Shown piece by piece: positions 63,340-64,000 of a DNA stretch of 64,000 nt. The translations under genes were made by a program, and so were the position numbers. The stretch's first letter is position 1; each line of letters opens with the position of its first letter. The stretch lies in NCBI GenBank assembly GCA_948467545.1, contig CAOKER010000003.1:103500-167499 (forward strand), in the 5' to 3' direction. The DNA is from an uncultured Eubacteriales bacterium (GTDB lineage: Bacteria > Bacillota > Clostridia > Oscillospirales > CAG-272). The notes beneath the pieces are model-generated. The model saw nothing but the letters and a program-made list of their open reading frames with translations, ran no database searches and was not told the origin of the DNA.

Positions 63340-64000
63340 ATGGCAGAAAAAAGGCGTGATTCCAAAGGCAGAGTTCTATGGTCAGGCGAATCGCAGCGAC
63401 CGGACGGGAAATATGAATTTAAGTATGCCGATAACAATGGAGAACGGCATTCGGTATATAGCTGGAAGCTCGTTGCAACCGACCGTGTGCCGGAGGGCAA
63501 GCAGATAACGGAGTCGCTTCGGGAAATGGAAAAGCAGATCAAAAAGGACTTGGAGGATAATCTTCTTGTATATGAAACAAGAAAGATGACGCTCAATTCC
63601 TTTTGGGACGAATACATTGCTTTGAAGCACGAACTGAAGGAATCTACAAGAAGCAATTACATCTATATGTATGATAAGTATGTCAGACCGGAAATCGGGC
63701 AGAAAAATATCACAATCATTAAATACAGCGATGTCAAGAAGTTCTACATATCGCTGATTTATGAAAAGGGCTTCAAGCCGAACAGTATGGAAATCGTCAA
63801 TACGATTTTGCACCCTGTATTCACTTCGGCGGTTCGTGACGGATATATCCGGCTGAATCCTTCCGATGGCGTGATGGCGGAGATTAAAAAGAGCCACGCT
63901 TGGGAAAAGCCGAAACGCCACGCACTTACAGAACGGCAGCAGGAATTATTCGTAAATTTTACGGCGCAGTCCCACCAATACAAGCATTGGCTTCCGCTGA
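63340..64000 (+). CDS. int: Tn916-Int-like tyrosine recombinase (3' end beyond window)
   Basis: AAGGAGG before ATG 63340. MAEKRRDSKGRVLWSGESQRPDGKYEFKY...YSWKLVATDRVPEGK closely parallels the Tn916 Int N-terminal arm-binding domain. Absent from the ORF track because it runs off the edge. Confidence 0.85.
   Translation, partial: MAEKRRDSKGRVLWSGESQRPDGKYEFKYADNNGERHSVYSWKLVATDRVPEGKQITESLREMEKQIKKDLEDNLLVYETRKMTLNSFWDEYIALKHELKESTRSNYIYMYDKYVRPEIGQKNITIIKYSDVKKFYISLIYEKGFKPNSMEIVNTILHPVFTSAVRDGYIRLNPSDGVMAEIKKSHAWEKPKRHALTERQQELFVNFTAQSHQYKHWLPL

Larger units (their letters stand above)
23199..64000. mobile_element. Tn916-superfamily integrative conjugative element, apparently decayed. Left border lies somewhere in 23199-23560; the right end is beyond the window
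   Basis: Abrupt switch after lysS from housekeeping to parA/parB, adhesin, polyvalent methylase-helicase, VirB6/PrgI/VirB4/CHAP transfer genes, sortase, cargo, then orf7-like sigma, Xis and a Tn916-Int-like recombinase facing outward at 63340. Confidence 0.85.

Noticed and set aside
1-64000. CRISPR arrays, rRNA genes, prophage structural modules, group II introns
   Set aside because: No regularly spaced direct repeats, no rRNA-like conserved stretches, no capsid/terminase/portal-like ORFs and no reverse-transcriptase ORF were seen anywhere in the window.

Overview
The window looks like a Firmicutes/Clostridia-type chromosome. About 23 kb of ordinary housekeeping genes is followed by at least 41 kb of a Tn916-superfamily integrative conjugative element (ICE) that runs off the right edge.

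Core region (1-23198): smc (5' partial), ftsY, rdgB, nadD, yqeK, an LCP-family gene, rsfS, leuS, an AraC-family regulator, a tRNA-Met/tRNA-Glu pair, a non-canonical RnfC-like/RnfD-like pair, trmL, asnA, an SGNH hydrolase, an S41 peptidase, greA and lysS.

The ICE starts just after lysS. It carries:
- TTTACGACA iterons, a decayed parA and an intact parB-like gene.
- A 1421-aa thioester/CnaB wall-anchored adhesin and a class B sortase.
- A giant ArdC-like/methylase/helicase 'polyvalent' gene.
- Several sigma-like genes.
- VirB6 fragment/PrgI/VirB4/CHAP transfer genes.
- A Phd-ParE toxin-antitoxin pair and an AAA ATPase.
- A metal module: CsoR, P1B-ATPase, 3x FeoA, FeoB, DtxR, HMA.
- A Tn916-like end: orf7-like sigma, a MazF-zinc-ribbon fusion, 3x Xis and Int (3' partial).

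The element looks decayed. It has in-frame TAG and TGA stops, a 7-bp duplication frameshift, truncated parA, helicase and virB6, and no relaxase or coupling protein in view.

Most notable observations:
- A complete TnpV-family gene with its own RBS, nested out of frame inside the giant ORF.
- A conserved bipartite 42-bp element present at two module borders.
- A cassette flanked by 40-bp direct repeats inside a PadR-controlled AT-rich island.
- A solo MazF-zinc-ribbon fusion.
- Three CsoR-type boxes on two consensus promoters.

No CRISPR array or rRNA gene was seen.
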